From: Lama glama
Lineage: Eukaryota
DNA length: 64,000 bases
Direction of reading: 5' to 3'
Assembly: GCA_028534125.1 (NCBI GenBank)
Contig: CM052816.1
Location: forward strand, 72,666,001 to 72,730,000
The notes below the pieces were generated by a model, which saw only the letters and a list, made by a program, of their open reading frames with translations, was not told the origin of the DNA and searched no databases. The position numbers and the translations under genes are program-made. Of the stretch, positions 39,460 to 53,895 are shown in pieces (the first letter of the stretch is position 1; the number at the start of each line of letters is the position of its first letter).

Positions 39460-41070
39460 TAGCAATTTAAAATACTCAATGGTAAAACTTTCATCATTTG
39501 ATAAAACTTCAGCAGATAGCAAGCATCAAATCTGGACAAATTTTCTTTTAAATCATTTGAAAACACTAGAGATTAGTAAGAGACTAGAACTAATCTTAAA
39601 AAAGCAGGGACTATACCTGATGAGATTTTTACATTTGATGTTTTTTATGCCTCAGGACTTTCTCCAACCCTAGTACAGATTTGAGAACAAAAAGCTCCAA
39701 CTTTAATAGCCTGGACTGTCAGGGGACAGATTTGGGAACTGAAAGAGAAGCTATAAATTTAAGAGGAAATCCACAAAGGGAGGAATTCCTTCATAAGGAG
39801 GGAAACAGTCAAATCTTAGTACAAAATACACCTAAGATTTTGTCCGACTTATAAATTACGTATGCTGTTTGAGAAAAAACAGCAGTTAGTAGCTGGAAGA
39901 ATTGATTGGGGATTTTAGCTGCTGCCAACCTCAGGGAAGATTTAAGTTTAAGTTCAGATAAGTTGACAACTTCTTAGAAAAAAAATTGATTTTCAAAGAA
40001 ATGTAACAAAATCCAATTCCTCTTCAACTTCTAATTTTAAATATTCAGTATCTAAACAAAAATCAGTAAACTTGAAGAAACAAGAAAATGTGAAACAAGA
40101 AAACAAGTAGTTAATAGAACATGACAATAGCGTAATTAAGTTGTTTCAATTAGCAGATAAGAATTTTAGAGCAGCTATTACATTTTCAAGAACTTAAAGA
40201 AAAATTGCACAGAATAAATGGACACCAGAAGGAATTTCAGCAGAGAAATAGAAACCATAAAAAGATTGACATGGAAGCTCTAAAGCTAAAATATATTAAC
40301 TGCGATGAAAAGAATTACTGAGTAGGTTTAAAATAAGATTGAAGGTGGCAGAAAACAAATAGTTAGTTAATTTGAAGATGTAATTTGTCCAACCTGAAGA
40401 ATAGAGGAAAAAAAAGATTGAAGAAAAATTAACAGAGCCTCACAGACAATTCAAGTGATCTAACATAATGTAATTGGAATTCCAGAATAAAGTAAGAGAA
40501 GAATTGTGGCAGGAAAAAAAAAAATGAAGAAGTAATGGCTGAAAGCTTCCCCAAAGACATCAATCTACAGATCCGCGAAGTTCAGTGAACACCAAGAATG
40601 ATAAATACAAAGAAAGAATACCACATCTTAGGCACATCATAGTCAAACTGCTGACATCTAAAATTAAAGAGAAAGTTTTGAAATCATATAGAGGATATGG
40701 CAAATAACTAAAAAACAAAAATAACTGTCAATCAGAATTATGTATACAGAGATACTCTCCATCAGAAATGAAGATGAATAAAAAATTTTTGAGACAAGAC
40801 CTGATTGATTGCATAATTAAAAGACCTGTACTATAAGAAATTGAAAAGGAAGTTCCTAAGTCTGAAGGGAAATGGCACCAGATGGAAACCCAGATCTACA
40901 AGAAGGGATAAGACTACCGGAAAAGTTTAAAAATAATAAATGTATATAATGTATGCAATCAATGTGTGCATATATATATATTCATGTTGCAGGCTATATT
41001 TTTCAAATTTAACAAAAGACAATGATGGAAAGTACTTATTTAAAAATAATCATTTAATGCAAAACAATGA
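39460..41070 (+). mobile_element. Ancient L1M 5'/ORF1 region
   Basis: Degenerate ORF1 motifs: aattagcagataagaattttagagcagctatta, gaatttcagcagagaaatagaaacc, gtaattggaattccagaa, aggcacatcatagtcaaactgctga, aaggaagttcctaagtctgaaggg. Confidence 0.8.
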
Positions 41071-41125
41071 GATTTATTGAATTATACATCGCATTTCTGA
41101 ATGATGAGTTTTGCTTCTCTGTTAC

Positions 41126-41217
41126 CTTTCTCTTCTGAGAGATCATTAAGGAATACATTAAGACATTTTTCATTCATTGTATATAGATCAGGGCCAAATA
41201 GAGTTCTCATATTTATG
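41126..41217 (-). CDS. Candidate internal coding exon: INMRTLFGPDLYTMNEKCLNVFLNDLSEEK
   Basis: Acceptor gtctatcttatag|CATAA and donor GAAAG|gtaaca; 92 nt, phase 2 to phase 1. Only one frame is open, and it is compatible with both neighbouring candidate exons. Confidence 0.55.
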
Positions 41218-43869
41218 CTATAAGATAGACTGCTGTTTTGTATTTCAGTATAGGAGAGTCTAAATGTCATTCATCTTTTTGTTTTAGGAAAAGATCATTA
41301 TCTTTATTCATGTTGTTGTATGATTTGCCTTCCTTTACACTAAGGGCATAATGCTGTTTTCAATTTTATGGTGCATAGTTTAGTTTCAGAGCAGGTAAAT
41401 TGTTGCACTGAGCAGAATGCTGACATTTTATTTTGAAAAGATAGGATTGCTAGGTCTTAGTGTTTCAATAGTTTTCAAGTCAAGCATATAATTAATGTAT
41501 GTGTATGTTAAAATATGTATTTAAGCTTAAAATGGTTTTTCACATTTTGAATTTTACACTTTGCAAGAAATGTTTAATTTAGACCAATACCTTTTCTTCT
41601 CTCTGCTCTGAAAAGAAACCATATGTTTCTAACCAATTAAAATAGACTATTTAGTAAATGAATTCAAAGCATAAGGTTAGCTCTTTTATTTCCAAAATCA
41701 TTCTTCCTAACTAATTTTGCTGAACCAGTTGATGCTTGTTGAGGCTAATTCTTACTTTTCTGTTTCTTTTTTTTTTTTTTTTTTTTTGCTTAGAATTGCT
41801 CTATGGGCTATGTTAATAAGCTAGATCCACATCTCTACCCACATCTCCATCTTCCTTCATGCACTCTTATCAATTTCTTACATATTGTGTAAGTTAATGT
41901 CTTTCTCCCTATCTGGAGCATCTCAGGATTCCCCTAAACTTTCACGCAGAAGTGGTCTTACAGCAATCCCCTGGAAAGCACACCAATTCCCATCCACAAC
42001 TACTGACTTATTACTTTCCTTGTTTAAATAAGCATCTCAGAACATACCATGTGGACATTGGTTAGTAATCCTTAGGTGACTGAGAGCAGAAATCTGTGCT
42101 CGGTAATACTAAATTTTCTTATAAATTTCTCACTTTTAGCTAATGCATCTTAAAAGGATGCCAGCATTTTGCCCCTCCTTTTTTTTCTCTTCTCCCCTCC
42201 ACTGGCTGCTTAGCAGAGAGCTTTAAACCCGCTGAACTGTGCCCTGCCACACTCCACCAATAACCTGTTGTGAGCACTCTTTATCTTCTGAGGGATCATG
42301 TAGTTTGCACAGCACACAAAGGCCCTCCCAGGAGGGGAGAGTAAGGGCTGAATTCCAGCTCAGGCTCTGTTCCCCAACTTTTATTCACTTGGCAAGCTAC
42401 CCAAAGGGAAGGCTTTCCCCCCCCCCAGCCGTATTTATTGTCCCAGAGTGGGAGCCTTTCTCTAATTCTTGCTATGCTCCTATATATGGTTATCTGTGCG
42501 CATATCAGAGAGTACATGTGAAGTTTTGGCATAATGAAAGTACTTCCTTTCAATATTGGAATATATTAATGAGGATATGCATTAACTAGTTATCACCCAC
42601 CTTGACAAGACAAATCAGTACATGTGAGACTGTCTCTCCAGAATCCTTGCAAAGAAAGGGAGAACTGGGCTTTATTATATCACTCCACTTAGGGAAACTT
42701 GAAATGGCATTTTAATAAGGCAGTTCCCTGGAATAAGACTAAATTTGGGGGATGTAGAAAGGAACTGACATGGAGTCCTAGATTTTAGTGAGAGGATTTT
42801 GCTTTTATTTATGTGTTTTTTGTTTATTGCATGTGCTTTTGAGTTACTGTGAACAAGTAAATATTTGTATTTTTCTAATTAGTTCTCATTTAGCAAATGT
42901 ACAATGTGTGCTAAAAAGAAAGACTATGTAAATAAATGCATCATATATGCCAATAGCACTGATTCCCCAAAGCTTATTCTGAACCTGACACAATTTAGAA
43001 TTGTGTCCTCAGTGCAGGAGCTCTTCCCTTAGAGCTCAAAATCTTAGCTGTCAAACTTCCCCTAAACTCATTAGGACTCATTTGTCTCTGTCAGTGACGT
43101 GCTCTCAAGAGCCAGTTCATGCCAGGCTGCTTTGTCTTACAGCCACGTTGAATAAGGCCAGTTTTCAAGAAAAAAAGAGAACCTATACTTTGGGAATTAT
43201 ATCAGTTTTTCTTTACAAAGTTCCATTTGCAAGAAAAAGTGAAGGTTAAGCACTGTCTAAATAAATTAAATGATGCATAATAAAAATATTCTTTCTATAG
43301 AGAACTCAACTCAGAATACTGTATCCTGGTCCAAATGAACCTAGTAGAGAGGTTCTGACCACCTTTTCTGCAGGACAACAAATACTGGAGGATAATCTCT
43401 TAATACTCAGCTGAGAAGTGCCTTAGTATCATATGTTGTGATAAAAATAAAACATTTATAACACTCTGGTTATTTGTTTTAATTCAAGGGTAGGTTTTTA
43501 TCTCATTTCAGGAGTAGATGATGGATGGAATTAATACCTAAAACCATGATTTATAAATGTAATTTCTCTTAATCTAGTTTTATTTTTTAACACAATTGAA
43601 TGTGAATTATTTCTAGGTTATACCTAAGTGGCTATAATTTATAGTACCAAATTTTAATAACAGAGTCTTAAAAGCTGGAAAGGACATGCTTATATAAAAA
43701 TGGGATAAACTAATGAAAAATGGCCAAGCAGAAGGCTGATACAATTGTCATTATTGTCTTCAAAGATTTCTATTGGCTCAACAGAAAATCAAATAAACTA
43801 TTGAGGTTACAAATACCTATTCTATAAAGCTTGACCACAAGTTTTTTAGCCTCTAAAGTTTTGTTAAGG

Positions 43870-44330
43870 TCTGTGGTCTCTGATTTTGAAGGCCCACAGT
43901 CTAGTGAAGAAGTTTCTATTTAACAAATGGTTAAAATGAGACAAGTGCTAAAAGCATATGAACCAAGTGTTACGGAAACATAGGGGAGGGAAATTGACTT
44001 TGACCTGGGAAAGCATCTTGTCATATTGGAATATTATTTGAAAAAGGTCTTTCTCATTTCAAACTCCTTCATCACCATTGCTCAGTCTCCACAATGCCTC
44101 TGTATGAAGTGGAGCCCGCAGAGTGCCAGGAGCAGGTTTACAGTTTACAAGAAGACCTATTTCAGTGGAGAGGCTATTTCAAAGCCCAGAACAAGAGCAG
44201 TTAGACTTGAAGTGGTAGAAGGAAGGGAAATAAAGAGAGGTAGAACAAATTAGAGAAACATTTAAGAGGCAGAATTAATGATGCCAATTAGATGAGAAGA
44301 ATCAACATGAAGAAAAATTTACCAGGGCTT
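43870..44330 (-). mobile_element. L2 fragments
   Basis: gaaggcccacagtctagtgaag...gtgttacggaaacataggggagggaaattgactttgacctggga...gaggctattt...agagaaacatttaagaggcagaatt. Confidence 0.6.
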
Positions 44331-44629
44331 ACACAGTTTCACTGTTCCCATGGATTATTTTTACACAGCAACTGAATTTGGCAGAAGTTATGACACAGTT
44401 TTAAGCATGATGATTATTGCTATTTTTTCGTGTGATGCTATGATTTTGTGTGTGTGTGTGAGCATTCCTTTAATTTTATATTGGCAAACTACACCCAATA
44501 TTTCTTGGCATTCGTATCCAAAATGTGGTATATTTTTTAAAAAACTTGTCCAACAGCACCATCACTAGTCTCTATATCCCCCCTTTCTTCTCTCTCCTGT
44601 GGATCCAGGCTGACCGTTTTCACCTGTTA

Positions 44630-44800
44630 TCAGATTTGTGACCTTGGAAAAAATGTGGAAACTTCCCTGTGCCATCAGTTATGTTACTTGTCAAATGGAT
44701 ATGATAATAATAGAGCCTATCTCATAGAATCAATGCAAGATTTAAACTAGTTAATACATATGAACGTCTTAGTTTATTTTTTGGAAAACAGAATTTAATT
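44630..44800 (+). mobile_element. MIR SINE
   Basis: tgtgaccttggaaaa...tgtcaaatggatatgataataatagagcctatctcatag...gatttaaactagttaatacatatg. Confidence 0.75.
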
Positions 44801-47800
44801 AAAGTTAAACTTTATTATTTTGATAGATCCTTTGGGAACAAGCATGAGGAATACTTCAGATCAAAGTTATCTTGAAAGCTGAGAGCCTGAGATGTTTATT
44901 GGCTGTAACCTTTTGCCACCCCAAACATACTTATTCATAGAATCCACATGAGGGTTCCATAATTGTAAAATATTATAAAATGCATAAAGCATAGTCCTTA
45001 TTAATTACATCATGCTAGTAGTTTTTGTCACTGCAAAAGTACCATTTTTTAATTAAATTAATATTCTGTCACAAATTGAAAGGTAATTGGGTAAAATTAG
45101 AGATGTCAGTCCTTTTAGATATTGACTCATTTCTTCTTTACACAGAAATATTTATTCTTTCAAATGCAGATAAAATTCTTATTTTTCACATTTAAGTCAT
45201 TCAGAAAGTCTCCAAAGCACTTAGAGCATTAACGTATAGAATGTAATTCCCCCAAAGCCACAAAATGCCATATTCTGAAAAGCAGCTGTACATTATAAAC
45301 TTACTGAAAATTAATAAGGTTTTTGTTTTTGTTTTTGTTTTTTTAAGTAGCACAACGTGACTTGAAGCAGGCCTGTGTTGATTTTTTTAGTATATTTGGT
45401 GCTGTATGATTTACAAAGTATTTTCAATCATAAAATAATCCAGTGATTTAGGAGTGGGACCTGATTTTTTCTTGATATTTGGAATAGGGAGCCGAGAGGC
45501 AAAAGCTTTTCCTGAGGTGACGTATTCAGTAAACACTGGAGTCAATACTCTGACGTCCAGGTCAGCATTGTTTTGTCTGTAGTATCCCTCTCTTAATTTA
45601 CCTCTATTATTGTGTTTGCATGTATAACTGATGTATCAGTACAGACTGTAAGTATGCACAGAGACAAGAAAATCCAGAAATTTGCTTTATTACATTCTAC
45701 ATATCTTTTTTAAAGAATCTAGAGTAGCTACACAATTCTTAAAAATAGTCACATCTATAATTTTTACCTTTATTTGGGAAGATTTGGCAAATGTGTAGAA
45801 AATATTAAAGATTAACTCAGTTTTTAAAATGGAAATATTTATAATTAGTTAGTTGCAATTAATAAAGTTGAAAAATTGCAAACCAGATCTTCATAATAAA
45901 ACATAAAAAGTGATTTGGCAACTGTGGAGAATACTAGATTTTCTTAAGAGCTTATTTTATGAGAAAATGTTTATCTTCAGCTGTTTTTAAATTCAAGTGA
46001 GTACTTTTGATTTTACTTATTTTAATTTGGTGTTCTGCCCAAGACACCATTTGGATCTGATCAAAATGACTGGATTTCAATGCACTCATTTCTGGATTTT
46101 TCCACAGTTATCATTAATTACTTGTTCCTGCTCCCCCAAGCTACACAGTATTTCCTTCTTTACTTTGACACATTTTAGGTGATTAGGAGGCTAGTTCTCA
46201 AATAAAATACATAGGGCAGCCTTACTATTAGAATAAGCCTCCACAGGGACCTTTATACTTGCCTCTACCTCTCAGTTGTCTAATGAAATAATAAAAAATG
46301 GCTTTATCTGAGCTCTGGGTTGCCCTCATTATCCATTATCTACCTAATTAGTGACTAATTAGCCCATACATATTGAAAAAGCAAAGTAAACTATAATGCT
46401 TATGTTTTTATTAGAGTGAAGGAGAGCGTGTTCTGGTTACTTTAGAGTAATGTCTAATTAAAGAAAGAAATGTTTAGGAGAGGGATTCTTGAATTAATCA
46501 AACTAAAGAAAAAATATAGTATCAATGCATCATGATGGACTTCTTTTTCTCCTTTAGCCTTAGTGAAAAAAGATCTTGGGAACTTCAAGAAGCATTGAGA
46601 AGAACTTTAAGGAACATTCAGCACTAATGAATGATAAGAGAATGGATGGCCTACAAATTATCTGTTTTTATTTTAAAGCTTGAAAGTATATGTCAGTCTT
46701 AACTGTGTTTGAATTTATTTAGAATAAGATATTTCTTGGCCCATTTATCTCTATTAAACTTTTAGATTCTATAAAGCTAAAGCACCTTCACTAAATTTTA
46801 CTTGTCTTTACTTTCCTAATCATGTCTGTGATCTTTAATTACCACACCAATGAAATTTGCTTTCAGAACCCATGCTTTCAATTTTAATGACATGCTCTAC
46901 ACTTATCACTGAGACTCAAAATTACCAGCAAAGACATTTTGGAAGAGTTATCTTGTCATATTTCGTAGATTTTGCCGTAAGGCAGAATTTGAAAAGAGAT
47001 AGTTGTTTTCTTTGGTGTCTTTCCAGTTCCTCTTTCTGGAGACGTTTGCTTATTTTTAACATTTATTAAGCAGCATGAGCTTTTGGAAGGTTCTTTAACC
47101 TCCCTGAGATCTGGATCCCACATTGATAAAATTGGTATAATGATATCTGCTTTTTCCTCCTCTTAAACTTGTTCAAACAATGAAAAATCAAAAAGAAAAT
47201 TTCTATGTTGAAAGAGGGGTATTAATAAAAGTATGACCCAGTAATGAAAACCAACTGACTTACAGTACTGGTATATACAGGCTAAAAGTCAGTGCTGATC
47301 TAGAATACTTGTGATAACTCTAATGCTATACTTATGAAATGTAAGCTATTAGTGATATTGTTCACAGGAATCCCACAGATGACTCTCAGAACAGAAGACC
47401 TTAATTAATAAATACAAATCAATAACGTTGGGGCTGAAGGAAGGCAGTCAGGAATTTGAAGGAAAAGTGTTCTTCCAGAATGCATCATATCAGATTGCAT
47501 AGGTAGTTAATTGTTCTGTTTATTATGTTTGAGAACACACTGGAATATAGGTGAAGATTTCTTTGCTTAGCATTCATTTATTTACAAGATTAAAACGCCA
47601 GGAAATCCACCTATATAGTTAAAGAAATAATGAAATTAAAGGTAACTTAATTGATTTTATTTTTAATTTAAAATTTATTCTTTTTCTAGGACTATAGAGT
47701 GTCCTTGGGTTAAAATATAGTCAGCTCTCACTTTGGATCAGATAGAGTTTGGCTTATATCTCATCTCCACCATTATGGGCCATGTCACTTTCAGCAATTT

Positions 47801-48000
47801 AAAGTACTAAGTATTTATTAAATGTACAGTACATGCCACGTAATGGAATTATAAAAGTTAATATGACTTGGCATCTACCCACAATATTCTCATATTCTAT
47901 TCATAGAGATAAGCAAGAAAGGATATTATGAAAATGTAAAGGAAGTTTCTGTTCCAAAAGGAAGAGCACCTATCTCAGTCCATGTGTAAAAGGATATGAA

Positions 48001-48020
48001 TGTCTGTGTGTGTATGTGTT

Positions 48021-48053
<33 letters not shown>

Positions 48054-48062
48054 CTGTATGGT
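48001..48062. repeat. Imperfect (TG)n microsatellite
   Basis: Directly visible. Confidence 0.93.
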
Positions 48063-50307
48063 GAGCAGGATACAAAAACACTCTGGTGGAGAGCTGAAAC
48101 CCAAGTTGCACCTTAGTCATTTCACTTAGCTTTCCTTCTATTTTCTGCAATTTAGAGGAGATAGCACTGAGGGTACTTTGGGAGGTCAAGAGGGTTAAAC
48201 ACGATAGTATTACTAGAAATGAATGTGACTGAGCATGACAGGTTGACTTGGAAATGGCTAGAACTGAAACCAAGGCCCACAGTAAGATAAGGAATGGGGA
48301 AGAGAGGCTTATACAGAGTGGCAATCCAGGAGATTTTGGCACAAAATCCCCAGCTCTGGGCCCCAGGTAGGAGGAAGTTTAGATGAATCATGTTATCTGA
48401 AAGATAGGGGCAATATGAAAATCAAAAGAAGGGTATCTCTAGGAGAGAGATTTTTTTTCCCAAGACCAAATTATCAAAACAAATGGTTATCTACAGAAAA
48501 GCTGATTGGCAAAGCTAGAGTCCCCAGGCCTGGAATCAGGAATAGAAGTCTAGCCTTTGAAAGAAGGAATGCTGGGACTGAAACAGGCAAGAGAAAGGTG
48601 GAGTCGAGAACCTAGAAGGCAGTAGACAGATTATCTAGGATGACAAGTTTGACATAGTGCATGGAGGCTGATGGCCAGTTGCAGAAACTGGGACCTATGA
48701 CCAGTGACAGGTGAACAATGGCCATTTACTGCTATATCCATGAGAATTTAGCCAAAGCTCCTTTATCTTCCCATTTATGGTAAGCACTAATTTAGAAATT
48801 GAGTTTGGGATGAGTCTGAATTCTCCAGTCAGCCCAACAGTGGGAGAAATTGTTGGGACTTAGAATCTGATATTTTATGATAAATTCCTTGACTCACTGA
48901 AAGTCAGCTAACAAGAGGTCTAAGACTAAATATTATAGAGAACATCTAGGCACAGAGTAGAGCCGCAGTGGACTTTAAAACCTAGCTTGTGCAGGTGACT
49001 TTTAGTTCCATGGCCTTGGGCAAATCATTTACCCTCTCAATTTCACCTTCTTTATGTGCATATGAACTTAGTTTGGGGGACTTAATGGTGTTTTAAACAC
49101 ATTTAATTTACTTTTTATTTATTTGTTAATATTAATCCTGGCCATTTAAAGATAGGATTTAAAGAAGCAGTTGAGTTTGCAGGGGACTTAATATATTGAC
49201 TACTATGTGAAATAGTACTTTCTTTTTTACTTTCAGCTGTCATCATTACAATTGAGGCAGATGTTCAACTGTCTCTAACTTAAAAGCAACATAAAGTGTT
49301 GCATATTTTTTTTTGTATATTCATGGCAGACGAGGCCAATTTTCTTTTACAGGTTTAATTGACTGAAAAACTCATATTTTATACATTTTCTTTTTAAGTT
49401 AGGGAAAAGGGAACTTTAATCAAGGTTGGGATAATAAGTACTTGTATTTTTAAATTTTCTTTTTAGTTTGCTACTAGAAAGAGACTCACATTTTAAGGAT
49501 TTCTCCTAAATCAAAGAACCTTCTTGGTAAAACTGTTGGCAATGTAAGCAAAATTAATTATCCCTTCAGGTTACATTTCTTTCTAAATCATGGCAGTAAA
49601 CAAATACTACTCATTTACTTTGAGATGCTACTGAGGGTCACACTATGGCTCATTGTGCACAGGTTTGAAAATTAATGCATGATTTAGTTCAAATGAGTAA
49701 ATCTAACATTAATTTTTAAGACAGTGGGGATTTTGACCAAAGATTTTAGAGATAATTTCTATAAGCTGTTAAAATTGTCACAGATATTTAATTATTTATA
49801 CAGTAAGTTTAAATATGTGGCTGAAAGTGAAGCTGAAGGTCATAAAAGCAAAACTATTTCTGGATAGATGATTTTTGTAATATTTTATGAGAATCAAATT
49901 AGAAAGACTGTTAAGAAAGTAAATTTCTACATTTTAAATTAATGGAATAAGGTGAAGATTTTCAGCTGTATGACGGTTAGGTAAGATAGGAAAATACAGT
50001 TGAATGAAATGTCAAAGTCATTTAGTTTATAGACTTTTAAAATTTAGGAGTAATTTAAGCTGAGTTAAATCAATCTCATCCATGAACAACTGGACTCTAG
50101 AATGTTCTTGAAATCATCTGAGTTTTATTTATATTGAAAAATCTCTAATACTTTGCAGTATTATTCTGCCAAAGGTAATAATTTCCTTCTTTAATAATAT
50201 AGTTGATTCCAGATTCTTGAAAACTGCTGGGTTATATCTTTGCTGACAATGAGTAAGTAAAATTATAAAAATCATTTAATATCTAGACCATATCAGTGAG
50301 ATTCCTT

Positions 50308-50722
50308 GCTGTTGAGGACTGGATTGGGTCTCTCTCAAAATGTGTTGAAGTTCTAATCTCCACCACCTCAGAATGTGACCTTATTTGGAAATTGGGTCAT
50401 TCCATAGGTAATCAAGTTAAAGTGAAGGTTAGCCCTAATCTAGTGACTGATATCCCTATATAAAGGGGATAATTTGGACACAGAGACAGACCTGCACAAA
50501 GGTAAGATGGTGTGGGTGTGAAGGCACAGCAAGAATGCTGAGGCTGACAGAACCGAGATGAGAGGTCTGGAGCAGTTTCTCCCTTACAGTCCTCGGGAGG
50601 AACCAGCCCTGAGGACACCTTGATTTCAGACTCCTAGCTTCTAGATCTGTGAGACAATACAATACCATCGTTCTAGGCCACCAGTTTATGGTTTGTTACT
50701 CCAGCCCTCAGAAACTGACACA
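50308..50722 (+). mobile_element. MaLR solo LTR (MLT1B/C-like)
   Basis: tgttgaagttctaatctcc...cctcagaatgtgaccttatttggaaattgggtc...gaaccagccctgaggacaccttgatttcagactcctagcttctagatctgtgagacaata...gaaactgacaca. Confidence 0.9.
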
Positions 50723-53700
50723 CTGCCTGCTGACTTCCTGTTACGTTAGGCCAGTGGGAGGCACCATTGTGTGGGTGGAGAGAATGAGTCGGGCCAGTTC
50801 AGCACATTTGTTCTCCAGCCTCCCTCTTGACCAAGACCCTTGGGTGGGCTGCGCTCTCCTAGGGTGCTCTCTCCACACAATTATTCCCTCTGGATTCCTG
50901 AAGCCACCCACCTTGCCCCTTCCAGTCCAGGTGTTCAGGCATTATCTCTGTTCACCTCAACCTTTCCCACATCATTTAAAATAATCCTTTTATTAAACTC
51001 TTATGAAAAAATCTACTTTGGGTGTGACGTCTTTTTCTCAGAAGGACGTTGACTGATACGCTACCTCTCTTCTTAAAGAAAATCGCTTACCCTTTACTTC
51101 CTACTGTGACTGTCCATGGTACATATGATAGCATTTACCACTTTGTATTCTAATGATTTGCTTGAGTAAATATTTCCATCTATAAGAGCTATTTATTCTT
51201 CATTTTAAAGCCAGCATCTCATACAAGTTCTAGCATAAGTCCTCGAAATACACTTACTGAATGGATGCATAGCTGACTATTTTTAAAATGTTTGCATATC
51301 CTGTCATCCACAAAAAAGAGACTTCAGGTTAGCTAACAAAAATAAACATCATGTAATATTAAAGTTAATAGGTGAAGAAATGAAAACTACAGGATAATAA
51401 TGTCAAAGAAAGAAACATGAATGTAGAAATAAGACTAGTATATTAAATGTCATAATATGCTGTGTACTTGTACGAGGTAGTTAACAAATATGGTTCCGTG
51501 TTTTCTAACGGACAGTGTGGAGGCAAAAGAAGGTCAGTTACTTAAATCACAGTGTCGTAAGTCAAATACAAACTAATCACTTATGCAGTACACACATTTT
51601 ACAAGTACTGAGATCAGATGCAAATATTAATCTGAATTTTCATGAACAGGCGAGCATATGATGCAGTGAACAATGGCTTCAATATGCTTCTACAGATAAC
51701 TAAAAAGTGAGTTTCCTAAGGATATTCTTGTACCATACTTTCTTGTGACCACTGGTGTAATGCCCAAATGCTCAGTAAAGATGATTCCAGTAAAGCAGGC
51801 TAAGCAAAGCAATACTGATGAGGTGCCCTGCCAGAATGGATTAATCTAAGTAGGCATTCAGAAGATCTAGAATACACGAACTGCCTATAGTTTTGATGAT
51901 GTTACGATTCATGCCCATAATATCTGTATCATAAATGTTATACATAAATATTATTATTTATGTATGTATTTTGTAGCAATGAACTCAAGGCTTACAAGAA
52001 CTAAGAATGTAGATAACCATTGTTAACTGTTACAGATGAACACGTGTTTTTACAGAAAGCCAGGCGATGAGGTAGAAACTGCTTACAAGTATTTTCAGTC
52101 ACCTTGTTAAGTTAATATTGTATTTAACAAACAAAATAAGGGCTGATAATGATTAAAAAATAGAAATACTTTTTAAAATAAATGAATACAAGCAAGTTTG
52201 TAAAAGCCAGAAAATATAATTTCCCCTTTTGTCCTTCATAGATTTTTTCCAGAACAGGTTTCAGTGAGTAATGAGATTTTAAGCTCTGTATCAGCCATTT
52301 GAAATGAAAAATACTATTGAATAATTTTTTAAAATGTATGTGATAAAAGCTGATACTCCAGACGTATTTCTTTTTGTTGTCCCAGGGGAAAAACATACCA
52401 GGGGAAGTCCACATAATGCTCACTGCTTGTCTCAATGAAGAAACTACACATTGCTTTCTATCAAAAGATTAGAAACCCAATGCTTACAAATCTCTGCATG
52501 TGAAAAGTACAAATTAGCAGGCCTCTAGTGAGGAAAGTGTGTGTGTCTCAGCTGGGCATCTCGGACTTCTCACAGTGCCAGGGGTCAGTGGTCTCATCAT
52601 CTTGCTGAGTTAGGAGGAGAAAACTCAGATTCTGACTTTTCAGTGTCGTTCAGTCTCAGGAACCGGCTTTGACTCTTGTTTCTCTGTGTGGGAGCATGAA
52701 ATTCCTTGTAATAAAATTGGTTATACTGCCTGTAATTAATGTGGCTATAATATATGGTAGCATAATTTGATTTTGATGGCTTTCTTCTTTTTCTGCTACT
52801 CAGCCACCAGGATGGTCTTGGTACCCTCTGTGAAAATTATATTTATATGTAAATAATTTTTTTAAACATCAGGACTTGTGTCCACATTTAGGCCACTCAT
52901 CATCTTGTATGAAGGTATTTTCTTGATGTTTTTCTTAGTTTAAGAAACTCAGATATTTCTGGGAGCTTATAAAGAGTTCATCTATTTCTTTAGTGTACTT
53001 TTTGCTTCTCATATGCAAAGATTCCCTTCCTTGTTCTCTTTTTCCACAACTTCCTGGCTCAGAGTACTTTACCATATGATTTTTTTGTTGCTTCTTGATG
53101 AATAATAACCCCCAGATTGAATTTTCCTTCTTTTCTCATCTCTCCTCACATTCAATTCTGTCTTCGTCTCCTGAAGGAAATGTCCACAGAATTGTCCCTT
53201 CCTGCATTTCTCTCACACCAGCGGAGCCACAGCACTTACATTCTTGGACCTTCTCCTCAAGCAGCGCATATCTTAGGTTAACTCCACTTTCAATATGACC
53301 TCCTTCAAGTCCTGTGTCTCTTGCTCAGACCCCTGGTCATCTCTGTGGCACCGGAAACTTTTTCCACTGGCCAGTGTGGTTATGCTGGTTCTGTGACTGG
53401 GTTGCCACACTACCATGCCACCACTCAGGAGTGGAGACATGCACTTGAGCTTGAAGAGAAAGCTCTTCACGTGTTCCATAGTTGAGGATCAATGGGATGT
53501 CAGCAAACAGAATTGAGATTTTGTCCACAACAATTTAGGGTCTGCTTTAATACAATGAGAAATAAATGATTAAGATGCCAAATCTTCAACATCATCAATT
53601 ATGTTCTAAATAATTTTAGCCTGAAAAAATTAGACATCTTACCAAATGTACCAGTTACACAAAGAAAATATTAATAAAGTGCCCAGGAAGTCTCTAATTG

Positions 53701-53895
53701 AAACAGATGTACTCTCCTGGTAAGTCCTCTAAGATAAACTTGTCTTTTTTTCTCTTGTGGCAATTGAATAAATTAATTTGTTGTATGAGCCTTTTAGCTA
53801 CCAATTAAATGCTGAGTGTCACCAACCAAAACTAATTAGTTGGATTTAAGACGAGTTTATCTGAAGTTCTCATTTCTGACAATACTTAGAAGGAT

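Noticed and set aside
46558..46627. Plus-strand acceptor followed by LSEKRSWELQEALRRTLRNIQH*
   Set aside because: No partner plus-strand coding exons were found and the peptide is not recognisable.
47926..48700. 138-aa ORF and surrounding GA-rich sequence
   Set aside because: The ORF runs through a TG microsatellite and lacks splice or homology support. The region may be an old LTR, but I could not assign it.
52124..52435. 103-aa minus-strand ORF inside the candidate gene's intron
   Set aside because: No suitable splice donor/acceptor pair, and the composition simply reflects AT-rich DNA.
53273..53560. GC-richer segment with two short minus-strand ORFs
   Set aside because: No splice signals or recognisable protein; possibly an old transposon fragment I cannot identify.
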